A DNA stretch of 64,000 nucleotides from Candidatus Spongiisociaceae bacterium (lineage in GTDB: Bacteria > Actinomycetota > Acidimicrobiia > Spongiisociales > Spongiisociaceae): positions 4,288,001-4,352,000 of the forward strand of contig CBDCOH010000002.1 in the NCBI GenBank assembly GCA_965219685.1, read 5' to 3'. Shown piece by piece: positions 48,329 to 60,549 of the stretch. A program made the position numbers and the translations under genes. Below the pieces are notes generated by a model that was not told where the DNA came from, ran no database searches, and saw only the letters and a program-made list of their open reading frames with translations. Position 1 is the first letter of the stretch; each line of letters begins with the position of its first letter.

Positions 48329-48768
48329 CGGGTTTCTTCCAGTTGCGCGATCTTGGCGATTCGGCGGACGTGCCGGAGCTCTCCCGAGAAGGTTGCTTGC
48401 AGGAAGGTCCTGACCAGTTCGATCGCCACGTCCTCGCCGATCACGCGGCCTCCCAGGCAGAGTACGTTGGCGTCGTCGTGCTCGACAGCCTGATGGGCGG
48501 TGTAGTGGTCATGGGCGAGGGCGGCGCGGATGCCGGTCAGCTTGTTGGCGGTGATCGCTGCTCCGGCCCCCGATCCGCAGACCACGATGCCACGGTCGGC
48601 CCCGCCGGTGCGAACCGTCTCACCCACGGCCGCGGCGAAGTCCGGATAGTCGACCGACTTCGTGGAGTAAGTACCCAGGTCCAAGAGCTCGTGGTCATCC
48701 TCCAAGCATCGGAGCAGGTACTCCTTCAGCGGGTATCCGGCGTGATCGGAGCCGATTGCAACTCTCGT
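48325..48768 (-). CDS. rpiB: Ribose-5-phosphate isomerase B; ACG occupies the start-codon position
   Basis: (M)RVAIGSDHAG...VDYPDFA...CGSGAG..ANK...HDDANVLCLGGR...RHVRRI. Confidence 0.92.
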   Translation of the reverse strand, partial: TRVAIGSDHAGYPLKEYLLRCLEDDHELLDLGTYSTKSVDYPDFAAAVGETVRTGGADRGIVVCGSGAGAAITANKLTGIRAALAHDHYTAHQAVEHDDANVLCLGGRVIGEDVAIELVRTFLQATFSGELRHVRRIAKIAQLEETR

Positions 48769-48880
48769 ATGATCCTCCTCGGTGAGGGCGAGAATAGTCC
48801 ACCCGGAGGGCGAAACGGCCGTGGAGACGCCAGGGGTTTCGCCTGGATGCAGGGCACCCGGACCCTCCTAGGATGGAGCC

Positions 48881-49669
48881 ATGGCTCAGCTCCAACTCCG
48901 CCCGATGGGCGTGGGCGAGATAATCACAGCATCACTGACGGTCTACGCGAGGCGCTGGAGAACCCTCTTCGCGGTGGCCGGGGTGCTGATCCTCCCCTAC
49001 GCGGTCCTCTATCTCGCCCTGGCGGAGCCACCCCCGGCCATTCCTCTCGATCCGACGAACGACGAGGCGCGCGAGTTCCTGTCCACGATGGGGCCCTGGC
49101 TCCTCATCCGTCTCTTCATCCTGACCATCATGCTGGCGGCTGTCGTCAGGACGACGTTGGAGACATACGTCGGCATCGAGTCCCCGTGGCGGCAACCGGC
49201 GGCTGCGGCGATCAGCAAGATGGTCGCCCTGACGGTGGTCGCGGTTCTCTTCTGGTCCGCTGCCGTCCTGGGGTTCACCCTGTTCGTGCTACCCGGCGTC
49301 TTCCTGATCGTGTGCCTCAGCGCCTCCGTGCCGGTCGTGATGGCCGAGGGGGTGGATCCCATCGCGGCCCTGGGCCGTTCGTGGCGGATGACCTCCGGCC
49401 GGCGATGGCACGTGCTGGGGGTGCTGCTCCTGTCGTCGGCCCTGGTCGTGATCGGGAGCCTGGTCGTCTACCTCGTTCTGGGGTCGGTGCTGTACAGGTT
49501 CTGGGGGAGCTTCGGTCTGTCGTTGGCCTCTGAGCTGGTCTGGATCGCCCTCCAGCCGTTTCTCGGGGTGGCGCTGGCCGTCATGTACCTGGATCTGCGG
49601 GTGCGCAAGGAGGATCTGGACACCGAATGGCTCTCCCTGCAGCTCTCGGCCACGTCCTTCGATCGGTAG
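48881..49669 (+). CDS. Conserved actinobacterial multi-TM membrane protein
   Basis: LRPMGVGEI..., ALGRSW, YLDLRVRKEDLD. Confidence 0.8.
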   Translation: MAQLQLRPMGVGEIITASLTVYARRWRTLFAVAGVLILPYAVLYLALAEPPPAIPLDPTNDEAREFLSTMGPWLLIRLFILTIMLAAVVRTTLETYVGIESPWRQPAAAAISKMVALTVVAVLFWSAAVLGFTLFVLPGVFLIVCLSASVPVVMAEGVDPIAALGRSWRMTSGRRWHVLGVLLLSSALVVIGSLVVYLVLGSVLYRFWGSFGLSLASELVWIALQPFLGVALAVMYLDLRVRKEDLDTEWLSLQLSATSFDR

Positions 49670-49753
49670 GTGGCGGCCCCGCCTACAATGGGAACGGTCG
49701 GAGCAGGCCCCTGAGCGTCGCGCTGCTCCGGTTCCTGAGGGAGCGACCCACCG

Positions 49754-50041
49754 ATGAGCATCACCGAGACCGCGGTAATCCTTAACCCCCCGGGCCACCA
49801 GCCGGAACCCGGGTCGGTTGACGCCGACCTGCTGAACGAGACCCTCGAGTACATCCGGCCCGCCCTCCAGTACGACGGCGGCGACCTCATCCTCGAGGGG
49901 GTCGACGACGACGGGACCGTGAACCTCAACCTGGTCGGAGCCTGTAGCGGGTGCCCCATGTCCATGATGACCCTCACCGCCGGGATCGAGCGTATCCTCA
50001 TCGATCGGGTCCCGGGGGTCACAGCCGTCAACGCAACTTGA
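49754..50041 (+). CDS. NifU/Nfu-domain Fe-S carrier
   Basis: IRPALQYDGGD...GACSGCPMS..TL..GIE. Confidence 0.93.
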   Translation: MSITETAVILNPPGHQPEPGSVDADLLNETLEYIRPALQYDGGDLILEGVDDDGTVNLNLVGACSGCPMSMMTLTAGIERILIDRVPGVTAVNAT

Positions 50042-50110
50042 ACCCCCGGCATCCCGGGTCGGAGCCCGCCGGTCGGGTCCGGGCATGACGGGTAGGAGGT
50101 CGGCTTCCTC

Positions 50111-50902
50111 TTGGATACGAGAACGCTGATAGGAGAGGTGAGGGCCGGGGATCGCCGTGCCCTGGCCAGGGTGATCAGCGCGATCGAGGAGAGCACGCCT
50201 GAAGCCGCGGCACTGATCCAAGGGTTCTCGACGCTGGCCGGTGATGGACGGAGGATCGGGATCACCGGGGCGCCCGGCGTGGGCAAGAGCACCCTCGTGG
50301 CCGGTCTCGTGTCGAGCATACGCCGGGAGGCCGAGACCGTGGCGGTTATCGCCGTCGATCCGTCCAGTCCCCTGACCGGAGGGGCGATCCTCGGCGACCG
50401 TATTCGCATGCAGGAGCACATCGGGGATCCCGGTGTCTACGTGCGCTCCATGGCGGGCCGGGGCCATCTGGGGGGCCTGTCGGCTGCCGCGCCCCGCGTG
50501 GCGGATGTCCTCGACGGGGCGGGTTTCGGGGTTGTCTTGATCGAGACCGTCGGGGTGGGGCAATCGGAGGTCGAAGTCATGCACCACGTCCAGTCGACGG
50601 TGGTGGTGGTCACCCCGGGCTGGGGGGACAGCGTCCAGGTCGGGAAGGCGGGTCTGATGGAGATCGGAGATGTGTTCGTGATCAACAAGGCCGACCTTCC
50701 GGGCGCGGCCCGGACCCGGCGGGACCTCGAGACCATGCTCGCTATGGGCCCCGGCCGTGGTTGGCGGCCGCCGGTGGTCGAAACGGTCGCCACCGAGGGA
50801 GGGGGCTTGGACGAACTGTGGGAGCACCTGCAGGCCCACGCCGCCCATCTCGGTCGGAGCGCGAATACGGCCGCGGATCCGGCCACCCCCGACCGCATCT
50901 AA
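50111..50902 (+). CDS. meaB: MeaB/ArgK-family GTPase
   Basis: GITGAPGVGKST, VDPSSP.TGGAILGDRIRM, ETVGVGQSE, NKAD. Confidence 0.93.
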   Translation: MDTRTLIGEVRAGDRRALARVISAIEESTPEAAALIQGFSTLAGDGRRIGITGAPGVGKSTLVAGLVSSIRREAETVAVIAVDPSSPLTGGAILGDRIRMQEHIGDPGVYVRSMAGRGHLGGLSAAAPRVADVLDGAGFGVVLIETVGVGQSEVEVMHHVQSTVVVVTPGWGDSVQVGKAGLMEIGDVFVINKADLPGAARTRRDLETMLAMGPGRGWRPPVVETVATEGGGLDELWEHLQAHAAHLGRSANTAADPATPDRI

Positions 50903-50931
50903 CCTGTCGACCGGCACACGGAGGAGAAGAC

Positions 50932-51699
50932 GTGGACCTGGTCTCCTATACAACTGAGGGAGCGGTCGGAGTGATCGAACTCAACCGGCCGCCTGTCAAC
51001 GCGCTCTCGGAGCAGTTGGTGGAGGATATCGACGAGGCCGTCGACCACGCCTCCGACCCTGCTGTCCGGGCGGTGGTTATCACGGGGCGTCCCCACTTCG
51101 CGGCGGGAGCGGACATAAAACGATTCAAGGTGGCTCACGACACCGCCGCCAAGGCGCTGGAGGGACTGCGGCTGGGCGCGGTCGCCCGGCGGTTGGAGCA
51201 ACTACCCAAGCCGGTGATCGCCGCGGTGTTCGGCTACGCGCTGGGAGGTGGGTTGGAGCTGGCGATGGGCGCAGACTTCCGCTACCTGGCCGAGGACGCC
51301 AAGGTGGGGCAGCCGGAGATACTCCTGGGCATCATCCCCGGCGCGGGCGGAACGCGCCGACTGCTGCGGCTGGTCGGTTTCAACCGCGGGCGCGAACTTG
51401 TCTACTCCGGTCGGCATGTGGGAGCCGAGGAGGCGCTGGCCATCGGGCTGGCCGACAAGGTGTTCGCGGCCGATGAGTTGCTCGATGCGGCGGTGAAGGA
51501 TGCCGCCACCTACGCCGCCGGCCCGACCGTGGCCCTCGCCATGGCGAAGCGCTCGATCAACGAAGGCTGGGGGCGGCCCATCGACGAGGCTCTGGCGGTC
51601 GAAGCCGAGGCGTTCGACGAGGCGTTCGCCACCGACGACGCGAGGGAGGGGGTTTCCGCCTTTCTCGAGAAGCGGAAGGCGCGGTTCACCGGCACGTGA
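50932..51699 (+). CDS. Enoyl-CoA hydratase/isomerase
   Basis: LNRPPVNAL, FAAGADI, ALGGGLELA, GQPEILLGIIPGAGGT; GGAGGAG RBS. Confidence 0.95.
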   Translation: MDLVSYTTEGAVGVIELNRPPVNALSEQLVEDIDEAVDHASDPAVRAVVITGRPHFAAGADIKRFKVAHDTAAKALEGLRLGAVARRLEQLPKPVIAAVFGYALGGGLELAMGADFRYLAEDAKVGQPEILLGIIPGAGGTRRLLRLVGFNRGRELVYSGRHVGAEEALAIGLADKVFAADELLDAAVKDAATYAAGPTVALAMAKRSINEGWGRPIDEALAVEAEAFDEAFATDDAREGVSAFLEKRKARFTGT

Positions 51700-52064
51700 G
51701 CCCGTACCGGACCGCGCTCTTGGCCACGGTCCTCGTCTTGGGCATGGCCGGTTGTGGATCGGACGAGAGTCCCGAGGGGTTCGACGGGTCCATCGACTGC
51801 GGCGAGCCGGCCTGGTCGCTGACGCTGGACTACGAGCGGGACCACGAGGGGGAGAGGACCCCGTTCGACGCAATGGTCGAATGGTCCGGCGTTTACGAGG
51901 ACCGCGGGCATCGTATCCATGTGGAGAGTTCCCGCACCGGCACGGTGGTGATCGACGGATCCGAGGTCGCTTTCATGCGCGTCGTGGAACTCCCGACCGA
52001 GACATTCGAGGTGGTCGAGGCCGAAGGCTGTTCGGGCTTCGAACCGCCTTCGGGCAACGGGTAG
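51696..52064 (+). CDS. Hypothetical lipoprotein
   Basis: Signal peptide with MAGC lipobox; GTGA overlap. Confidence 0.7.
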   Translation: MSPYRTALLATVLVLGMAGCGSDESPEGFDGSIDCGEPAWSLTLDYERDHEGERTPFDAMVEWSGVYEDRGHRIHVESSRTGTVVIDGSEVAFMRVVELPTETFEVVEAEGCSGFEPPSGNG

Positions 52065-52121
52065 CGGCTCCCGACAGCCGCCCCGAGTGCGGCACTGCTG
52101 AATGCTTGTATAGTGATAGCA

Positions 52122-52352
52122 ATGCCACACGTCCTAGTTCGTGATCTCCCGGAAGATGTGCACCGTCGCCTTGTCGATCGCGCTCAGACCCAAGGCCGGT
52201 CTTTGCAGCGATACCTCGTCGCCGAACTGACTCGGCTTGCCCGCGGTGTGACAATCGAGGAATTCGTCGCCCGGATCGAAACCAACGAGGGAGGAAGGGT
52301 CGGCCTGACACAAGCAGTTGAAGACCTGGATGAACTGCGCAACAGCGGGTGA
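52122..52352 (+). CDS. FitA-like ribbon-helix-helix antitoxin
   Basis: VLVRDLPEDVHRRL..RA...GRSLQ.YL; TGATAGCA half-site immediately upstream. Confidence 0.88.
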   Translation: MPHVLVRDLPEDVHRRLVDRAQTQGRSLQRYLVAELTRLARGVTIEEFVARIETNEGGRVGLTQAVEDLDELRNSG

Positions 52353-52744
52353 TCGTCGTCGACGCCTCTGTGCTCGCCAACGTGGTGGCGGACGATGGTC
52401 CCGAAGGTGAGCGTGCGCGTGGTCTCATCGTCGATACGGGGCCGGTGGCCATCCCTGACCTGGCCGATGTCGAGACGATGGCTGTGCTGCGCAAGCGGTG
52501 GATCTCCAAGACGATCACCGGGCACCGGCTAGCCAAGGCGGCAACCGACCTGGCTGCCTTACCTTTCCAGCGGTATCCGGCGAGGCCGTTGCTGTATCGG
52601 GTCTACGAACTCCGCTCCAACGTCACGCCCTACGACGCGGTGTACGTTGCCCTTGCCGAAGCTCTGGGATACGACCTGCTGACAGCCGATGCTCGGTTGG
52701 CGCGGGCCTTCGGTCCTCGCTGCACGATCCGGGTCGTGAGTTGA
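52349..52744 (+). CDS. vapC: VapC/PIN-domain toxin
   Basis: IVVDASV, E, YDAVYVALAE, LLTADARLA. Confidence 0.93.
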   Translation: MIVVDASVLANVVADDGPEGERARGLIVDTGPVAIPDLADVETMAVLRKRWISKTITGHRLAKAATDLAALPFQRYPARPLLYRVYELRSNVTPYDAVYVALAEALGYDLLTADARLARAFGPRCTIRVVS

Positions 52745-52745
52745 G

Positions 52746-53186
52746 CTAAGGGCTCTGCTCGATCCGGCGCTTGAATTCCGCCAGGTTGGATCGCCATATG
52801 CGGGACAGGATGGGTCTCGCCACCCACGCCACCACCGGGCCTCCGAAGTACCAGGGGAAACGGATCCGCTCCCGCCAGGCGAAGCGGGTGCGGCCGGGCT
52901 CCGGCGAGGACAGTTCGAACCGTCCCTCACCTGTGAAGATCCCCCGATGTCGCCCGGTGATCAGTCTCATCGGGCTGACCTCGGTGATCTCGAAGCGGTC
53001 GACAGTCCGGAACGGGCCTACCCGTGTCTCGATGAGCAGAACCGTCCCCGGGCCTTCTTCCTGATCGCCCTCGAACTGGATGGCGAGGGCGTCCTTCATC
53101 CACTCGGCATGAGAGGCGAAGTCGACCGCCTCCGCCCACACCCGCTCCAGCGGAGCGTCGATGTCGATCGAGATGAGGCTCTCCAT
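52746..53186 (-). CDS. SRPBCC/polyketide cyclase-fold protein
   Basis: IDIDAPLERVW...WM...NLAEFK. Confidence 0.85.
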   Translation of the reverse strand: MESLISIDIDAPLERVWAEAVDFASHAEWMKDALAIQFEGDQEEGPGTVLLIETRVGPFRTVDRFEITEVSPMRLITGRHRGIFTGEGRFELSSPEPGRTRFAWRERIRFPWYFGGPVVAWVARPILSRIWRSNLAEFKRRIEQSP

Positions 53187-53227
53187 GTGGGTGAGTATGC
53201 CCACTCGGCCGGCCTATACGTTCACGG

Positions 53228-53488
53228 CTAGATGATCAGTTCCTAGTCGGTAGTCTCTAGTTGCTAGTTGGTGATCAGTAGTTAACGTTAAATTGGGTCA
53301 TTTCCCATCCTCCGTAGCACTGTTTGGGTCTCGCGTTTACGCCGCGGGTGGCTCTTCACCAAAAGGCAGCCCCTGGGGTCCGAGTCCAGGAACAGGGGCA
53401 TACGAGTTACGGATGTATTGTACAGCGTTGTGTAGCGATCGTAGAGTTCCGTCGCTTCTGGTCAGATCCCTTGGAACTATTCGCCTAG
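53228..53488 (+). mobile_element. MITE-like element, copy B (longest, 261 bp)
   Basis: Imperfect terminal inverted repeats CTAGATGATCAGTTCC / GGAACTATTCGCCTAG (12/16); AT-richer than flanks. Confidence 0.7.
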
Positions 53489-53615
53489 GTCCCTTCCGAC
53501 GGAATGGGACACCGCGATCGCTCTCCCATACGGAAGGTGGAGGCAGGGAGCAGCCCTGTCATACGGATGCTCCTCCTTGCCTGCGTACCAGGGCGCGCGT
53601 GCGACAATCCAAGCC

Positions 53616-54745
53616 ATGCTGTACCTCGACCACGCTGCCTCCTCTCCGCTGCGGCCTCAGGCCTGGGAGGCGATGGCGCCGTTCCGCGATGAGGACTACG
53701 GGAACCCTTCAGGGGGCCATGCGGTGTCGCGCCGCGCCAAGAACGCCTTGGAGGACGCCCGGGACCTGATAGCCGACCTGCTGAATGCCAATCCGCTCGA
53801 GATCGTGTTCACCGGGGGCGGTACCGAGGCCGACAACCTGGCGATCAAGGGAGCGGCCCTGGCGGGAGGAGCCAAGGGCGGTGCGGTCACGTCCACGGTC
53901 GAGCATGACGCGGTCCTGGCCAGCGCGGGTTTCGTGGAGGACGTCGGGTGCCCACTGGCTCTGGTGAAGGTGGACGCCGACGGGATGGTCGACCCGGCCG
54001 AGGTGGCGTCCCATGTGACTCCGGAGACAGCCGTCGTGTCGGTCATGATGGGGAACAACGAGACCGGAGTCCGCCAGCCCATCGAGCAGGTGGCCGAAGC
54101 GATCCTAGGCCTCCACCGGTCGACCGTGTTTCACACGGACGCGGTGCAAGGGTACGTCTCCGAGCGGGTCGATGTGGAGTCGCTGGGCGTTGACCTGCTG
54201 TCGCTGGCGGCCCACAAGTTCGGCGGTCCGAAGGGGGTGGGGCTGCTCTTCGTCCGGTCGGGCACGAGGCTCGAGCCGCTCATTCACGGGGGAGGCCAGG
54301 AACTGGGGCGGCGGTCGGGTACCCACAACGTGATGGCGGTGGTGGGAATGGCCGCAGCCATGGCGGCCCTGGAGTCCGAGCGCGAGAACTTCAGGACCCG
54401 GGTGGCGACGGAGCGGGACACGTTCGAGACGACGCTGGCGCGCCTGGTTCCCGACGTGGTGTTCACGGCCGCCGACGCTCCGAGAATGGTCCAGACCAGC
54501 CATGTGCGAATACCCGGGGTCCGCAACGAGGTGCTGCTGGTCCGGCTCGACGCGGCCGGCGTGGCCGCTTCCGCCGCTTCGGCCTGCCAGTCGGGCGCCG
54601 CTACCGTCTCCCACGTGCTGGAAGCGATGGGTATGACACCGGCCGAGGCCAGGGAGTGCCTCCGGTTCTCCTTCGGATGGCCCACGCGCGAGGGCGAGGG
54701 AAAAGCCGCTGCCCGGCTGGTCGCCCGGGAAGTCGAGGCGCTCCG

Positions 54746-54749
<4 letters not shown>
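53616..54749 (+). CDS. iscS: Cysteine desulfurase (IscS/NifS type)
   Basis: YLDHAAS, GNPS, FTGGGTEADN, HTDAVQ, AHKFGGPKG, SAC; adjacent to mnmA. Confidence 0.93.
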
Positions 54750-57912
<3,163 letters not shown>

Positions 57913-57963
57913 CTGTCAGGTGACGGGTGGACTGTAGTAATGGATAATAGTGTGTTATAATTG

Positions 57964-58058
57964 TCACCATTCACCATTCACCATTCACCATTCACCATTC
58001 ACCTTTCACCTTTCACCTTTCACCTTTCACCTTTCACCATTCACCATTCACCATTCAC
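57964..58058 (+). repeat. Heptamer tandem array (TCACCAT)5(TCACCTT)5(TCACCAT)3
   Basis: Counted directly: 13 full units plus a partial unit. Confidence 0.97.
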
Positions 58059-58459
58059 TAGAAGACTCGGAAGTCCCAGCTGTGCTGCCCTTCGTCGGGG
58101 AGGCCGGTCACCTTTCGCCACCGCAGCGACACGGTGTGGAGACCGGGACTCCACACGATGGTCGATGACCTTGCCGGCGCCCAGGAGTGGACACCGGTGC
58201 CCTCGACGAACCGCACCTCCGAGTCGGGCACCCTGAAGCCGTCGACCCAGATCTCCACCCGGTAGCCGACCGGCATGTCGACCTCGATGGGGGTCTGGAG
58301 GGGAACCTGGCTCCCGGGCAGCGGACTGATCTCCTCGAGGACGGTCGGCAGGGGCTCCCGCCCTGTCTCCGGCGATCCGAACAGGAAGGCCACCACCACC
58401 ACCCCGACTGCTAACAGCCCGAGAGCCATGAAGATCAGAAGGTATCGCCGGTCGCTCAT
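58058..58459 (-). CDS. Hypothetical membrane-anchored beta-rich protein
   Basis: N-terminal TM helix, then ISPLPG...PGLHTV...SWDFRV, resembling an Ig-like domain; CGAGG RBS. Confidence 0.75.
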   Translation of the reverse strand: MSDRRYLLIFMALGLLAVGVVVVAFLFGSPETGREPLPTVLEEISPLPGSQVPLQTPIEVDMPVGYRVEIWVDGFRVPDSEVRFVEGTGVHSWAPARSSTIVWSPGLHTVSLRWRKVTGLPDEGQHSWDFRVF

Positions 58460-58564
58460 GCCTCGGTCTCCACAGCGAGGATTCTACGGCAGCCCCGGCT
58501 CGCCGTGCGCAATGTGAACATCCCCCGTCCCACTGTCCACGCGCGTGCACTGTGTGCGATTTCG

Positions 58565-58606
58565 AACCGGCAACCGGCAACCGGCAACCGGCAACTGGCA
58601 ACCGAC
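58565..58606 (+). repeat. Heptamer tandem array (AACCGGC), about 6 units
   Basis: Four perfect and two degenerate units. Confidence 0.9.
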
Positions 58607-58621
58607 CGCTACGCTCGCTGT

Positions 58622-59761
58622 GTGCGAGTCAACCCGATACTCAGCCGGATCGGTTCCCATTCCATCACGGCTATCCAGGACCGGGCACGCCACCTGCGGG
58701 ACACCGGACGGCCGCTGGTCGACTTCTCGATCGGGGACCCGCGCGAGCCCACCGCTCCCTTCATCCCGGCCGCCTTGAAGGATGCGGTCCCGGTGATCTC
58801 CCAGTATCCGACGGTCGCAGGCCTCCCGCGGCTGCGGCAGGCCATAGCCGGCTATGTCGATAGGCGGTTCGGGGTTGCGGTCGATCCCGAAACCGAGGTG
58901 CTCCCGACGACCGGTTCGAAGGAGTCGATCTTCTCCACTCCCCTCGCGTTTGTCGACCGCGGCGCCGGCGACGGAGTCATCTGGCCCACTCCCGGTTACC
59001 CGATCTACGAGCGTGGAGGGCGCCTGGCCGGGGCGGCGCCGATTCCCGTCGCCCTCTCGGGGGACTTCGTGTTCCGGGCGGGCGACATACCCGCCGAGGC
59101 CTGGGAACGGGCCCGGATCGTCTGGGTTTGCAGTCCCCACAATCCCTCGGGGGCGGTGATGCCTCTCGACGAACTGGCCACCTTCCGGGAGCGTGCCGCT
59201 CTCCACGACGTGCTGGTGTGCTCGGACGAGTGCTACGTCGATCTGTATGACGGTGAGCCGCCGCGTTCGCTGCTCGAGACCGGAGGCACCGAGGGCGTCA
59301 TCGTCTACTTCAGCCTCTCGAAGCGGAGCGGAATGACCGGCTACCGGAGCGGGGCGATGGTGGGGGACGCCCGCGCCATCTCCGCCCTGCGGGCCCTCAG
59401 AACCGGCACCGGTACAGCCCCGCCCGAGTTCACCCAGGCGGCGGCGATCGCAGCATGGAGCGACGACGCGCATGTGGCCGAACGGCGGGAACTGTTCAGG
59501 CGCAAGCGGGAGATCCTGACCAGGGCGTTCGCCGACCTCGGATACCCCACCGTGGCTTCCGAAGCCGGCCTGTACGTGTGGTTGAAGGTGCCCGACGACG
59601 TGGAGATGACCGAGCGCCTGCTCGAGGAGGGAGTGGTGGTGTCGCCCGGTCGGGTGTTCGGCCCCGGCGGGGAGGGCTATATTCGCCTGGCGTTGGTACC
59701 GACACTGGACCAATGCGAGGAAGCAGTGGAGGTGGTGACCAATTGTCTGAACAGTCCCTGA
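58622..59761 (+). CDS. dapC: Succinyldiaminopimelate aminotransferase (class I/II PLP)
   Basis: SIGDP, GSKE, SPHNPSG, SDECY, SLSKRSGMTGYRSG; in an operon with dapD and dapE. Confidence 0.88.
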   Translation: MRVNPILSRIGSHSITAIQDRARHLRDTGRPLVDFSIGDPREPTAPFIPAALKDAVPVISQYPTVAGLPRLRQAIAGYVDRRFGVAVDPETEVLPTTGSKESIFSTPLAFVDRGAGDGVIWPTPGYPIYERGGRLAGAAPIPVALSGDFVFRAGDIPAEAWERARIVWVCSPHNPSGAVMPLDELATFRERAALHDVLVCSDECYVDLYDGEPPRSLLETGGTEGVIVYFSLSKRSGMTGYRSGAMVGDARAISALRALRTGTGTAPPEFTQAAAIAAWSDDAHVAERRELFRRKREILTRAFADLGYPTVASEAGLYVWLKVPDDVEMTERLLEEGVVVSPGRVFGPGGEGYIRLALVPTLDQCEEAVEVVTNCLNSP

Positions 59762-60549
59762 TCGAAGCCGCATATCGCGACCGGTCGGCCTTGGGCGACG
59801 CGAGAGATGCGGTACTGGACACGATCGCCCGGCTGGACGCCGGCGAGATTCGCGTCGCCGAGAAGATCGACGGCGCCTGGGTGGTCAACGAATGGATCAA
59901 GCAGGCCATCCTGCTCTACTTCGGGGTGACCGACATGGAGGTCATGCAGTCGGGGCCGTTGCAGTTCCACGACAAGATCCCCCCGAAGCAGAACCTGGCC
60001 GAAGCCGGGGTCAGGGTGGTGCCGCCGGGAGCCGTCCGCTACGGGGCGTTCTGCGAGCCCGGTGTGATCGTCATGCCCGGATACGTCAACATCGGCGCCT
60101 ACGTGGCCACAGGAACGATGGTGGACACCTGGGCCACCGTCGGGTCCTGCGCCCAGATCGGATCCGGGGTCCATCTGTCGGGTGGCGTCGGGATCGGCGG
60201 GGTGCTCGAACCCCCCAACGCCCGTCCTGTGATAGTCGAGGACGGGGCCTTCGTGGGGAGCCGGTGCATCGTGACGGAAGGCGCCCTCGTTGAAGAGGGT
60301 GCGGTGCTGGCCGCCAACGTGACCATCACCGCCTCGACGCCGATCATCGACCTGACCGGGGAGGAACGGGTGGAGCACCGGGGCCGGGTGCCGGCCCGTT
60401 CGGTGGTCGTGCCCGGCACCCGCCCGAGGGAGTTCGCGGGAGGAACGGCCCATCTCGCCTGCGCCTACATCATCGGCCAGCGGTCGGCCCGCACCGACGA
60501 CCGAACATCGCTGAACGAGGCCCTGCGCGCCTTCGAACTCTCGGTTTGA
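59743..60549 (+). CDS. dapD: Tetrahydrodipicolinate N-succinyltransferase
   Basis: WVVNEWIKQAILLYF, RVVP, VNIGAYV, MVDTWATVGSCAQIG, GGVLEP. Confidence 0.96.
   Translation: MSEQSLIEAAYRDRSALGDARDAVLDTIARLDAGEIRVAEKIDGAWVVNEWIKQAILLYFGVTDMEVMQSGPLQFHDKIPPKQNLAEAGVRVVPPGAVRYGAFCEPGVIVMPGYVNIGAYVATGTMVDTWATVGSCAQIGSGVHLSGGVGIGGVLEPPNARPVIVEDGAFVGSRCIVTEGALVEEGAVLAANVTITASTPIIDLTGEERVEHRGRVPARSVVVPGTRPREFAGGTAHLACAYIIGQRSARTDDRTSLNEALRAFELSV

Noticed and set aside
50041-50095. GC-rich REP-like hairpin after the NifU gene
   Set aside because: Single imperfect copy in the window; cannot be told apart from an ordinary stem-loop.
53293-53615. 158-aa ORF starting at 53293
   Set aside because: Runs through the MITE-like element and overlaps the cysteine desulfurase out of frame.
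57964-58058. Tandem array as a CRISPR
   Set aside because: 7-bp units with no spacers and no cas genes.
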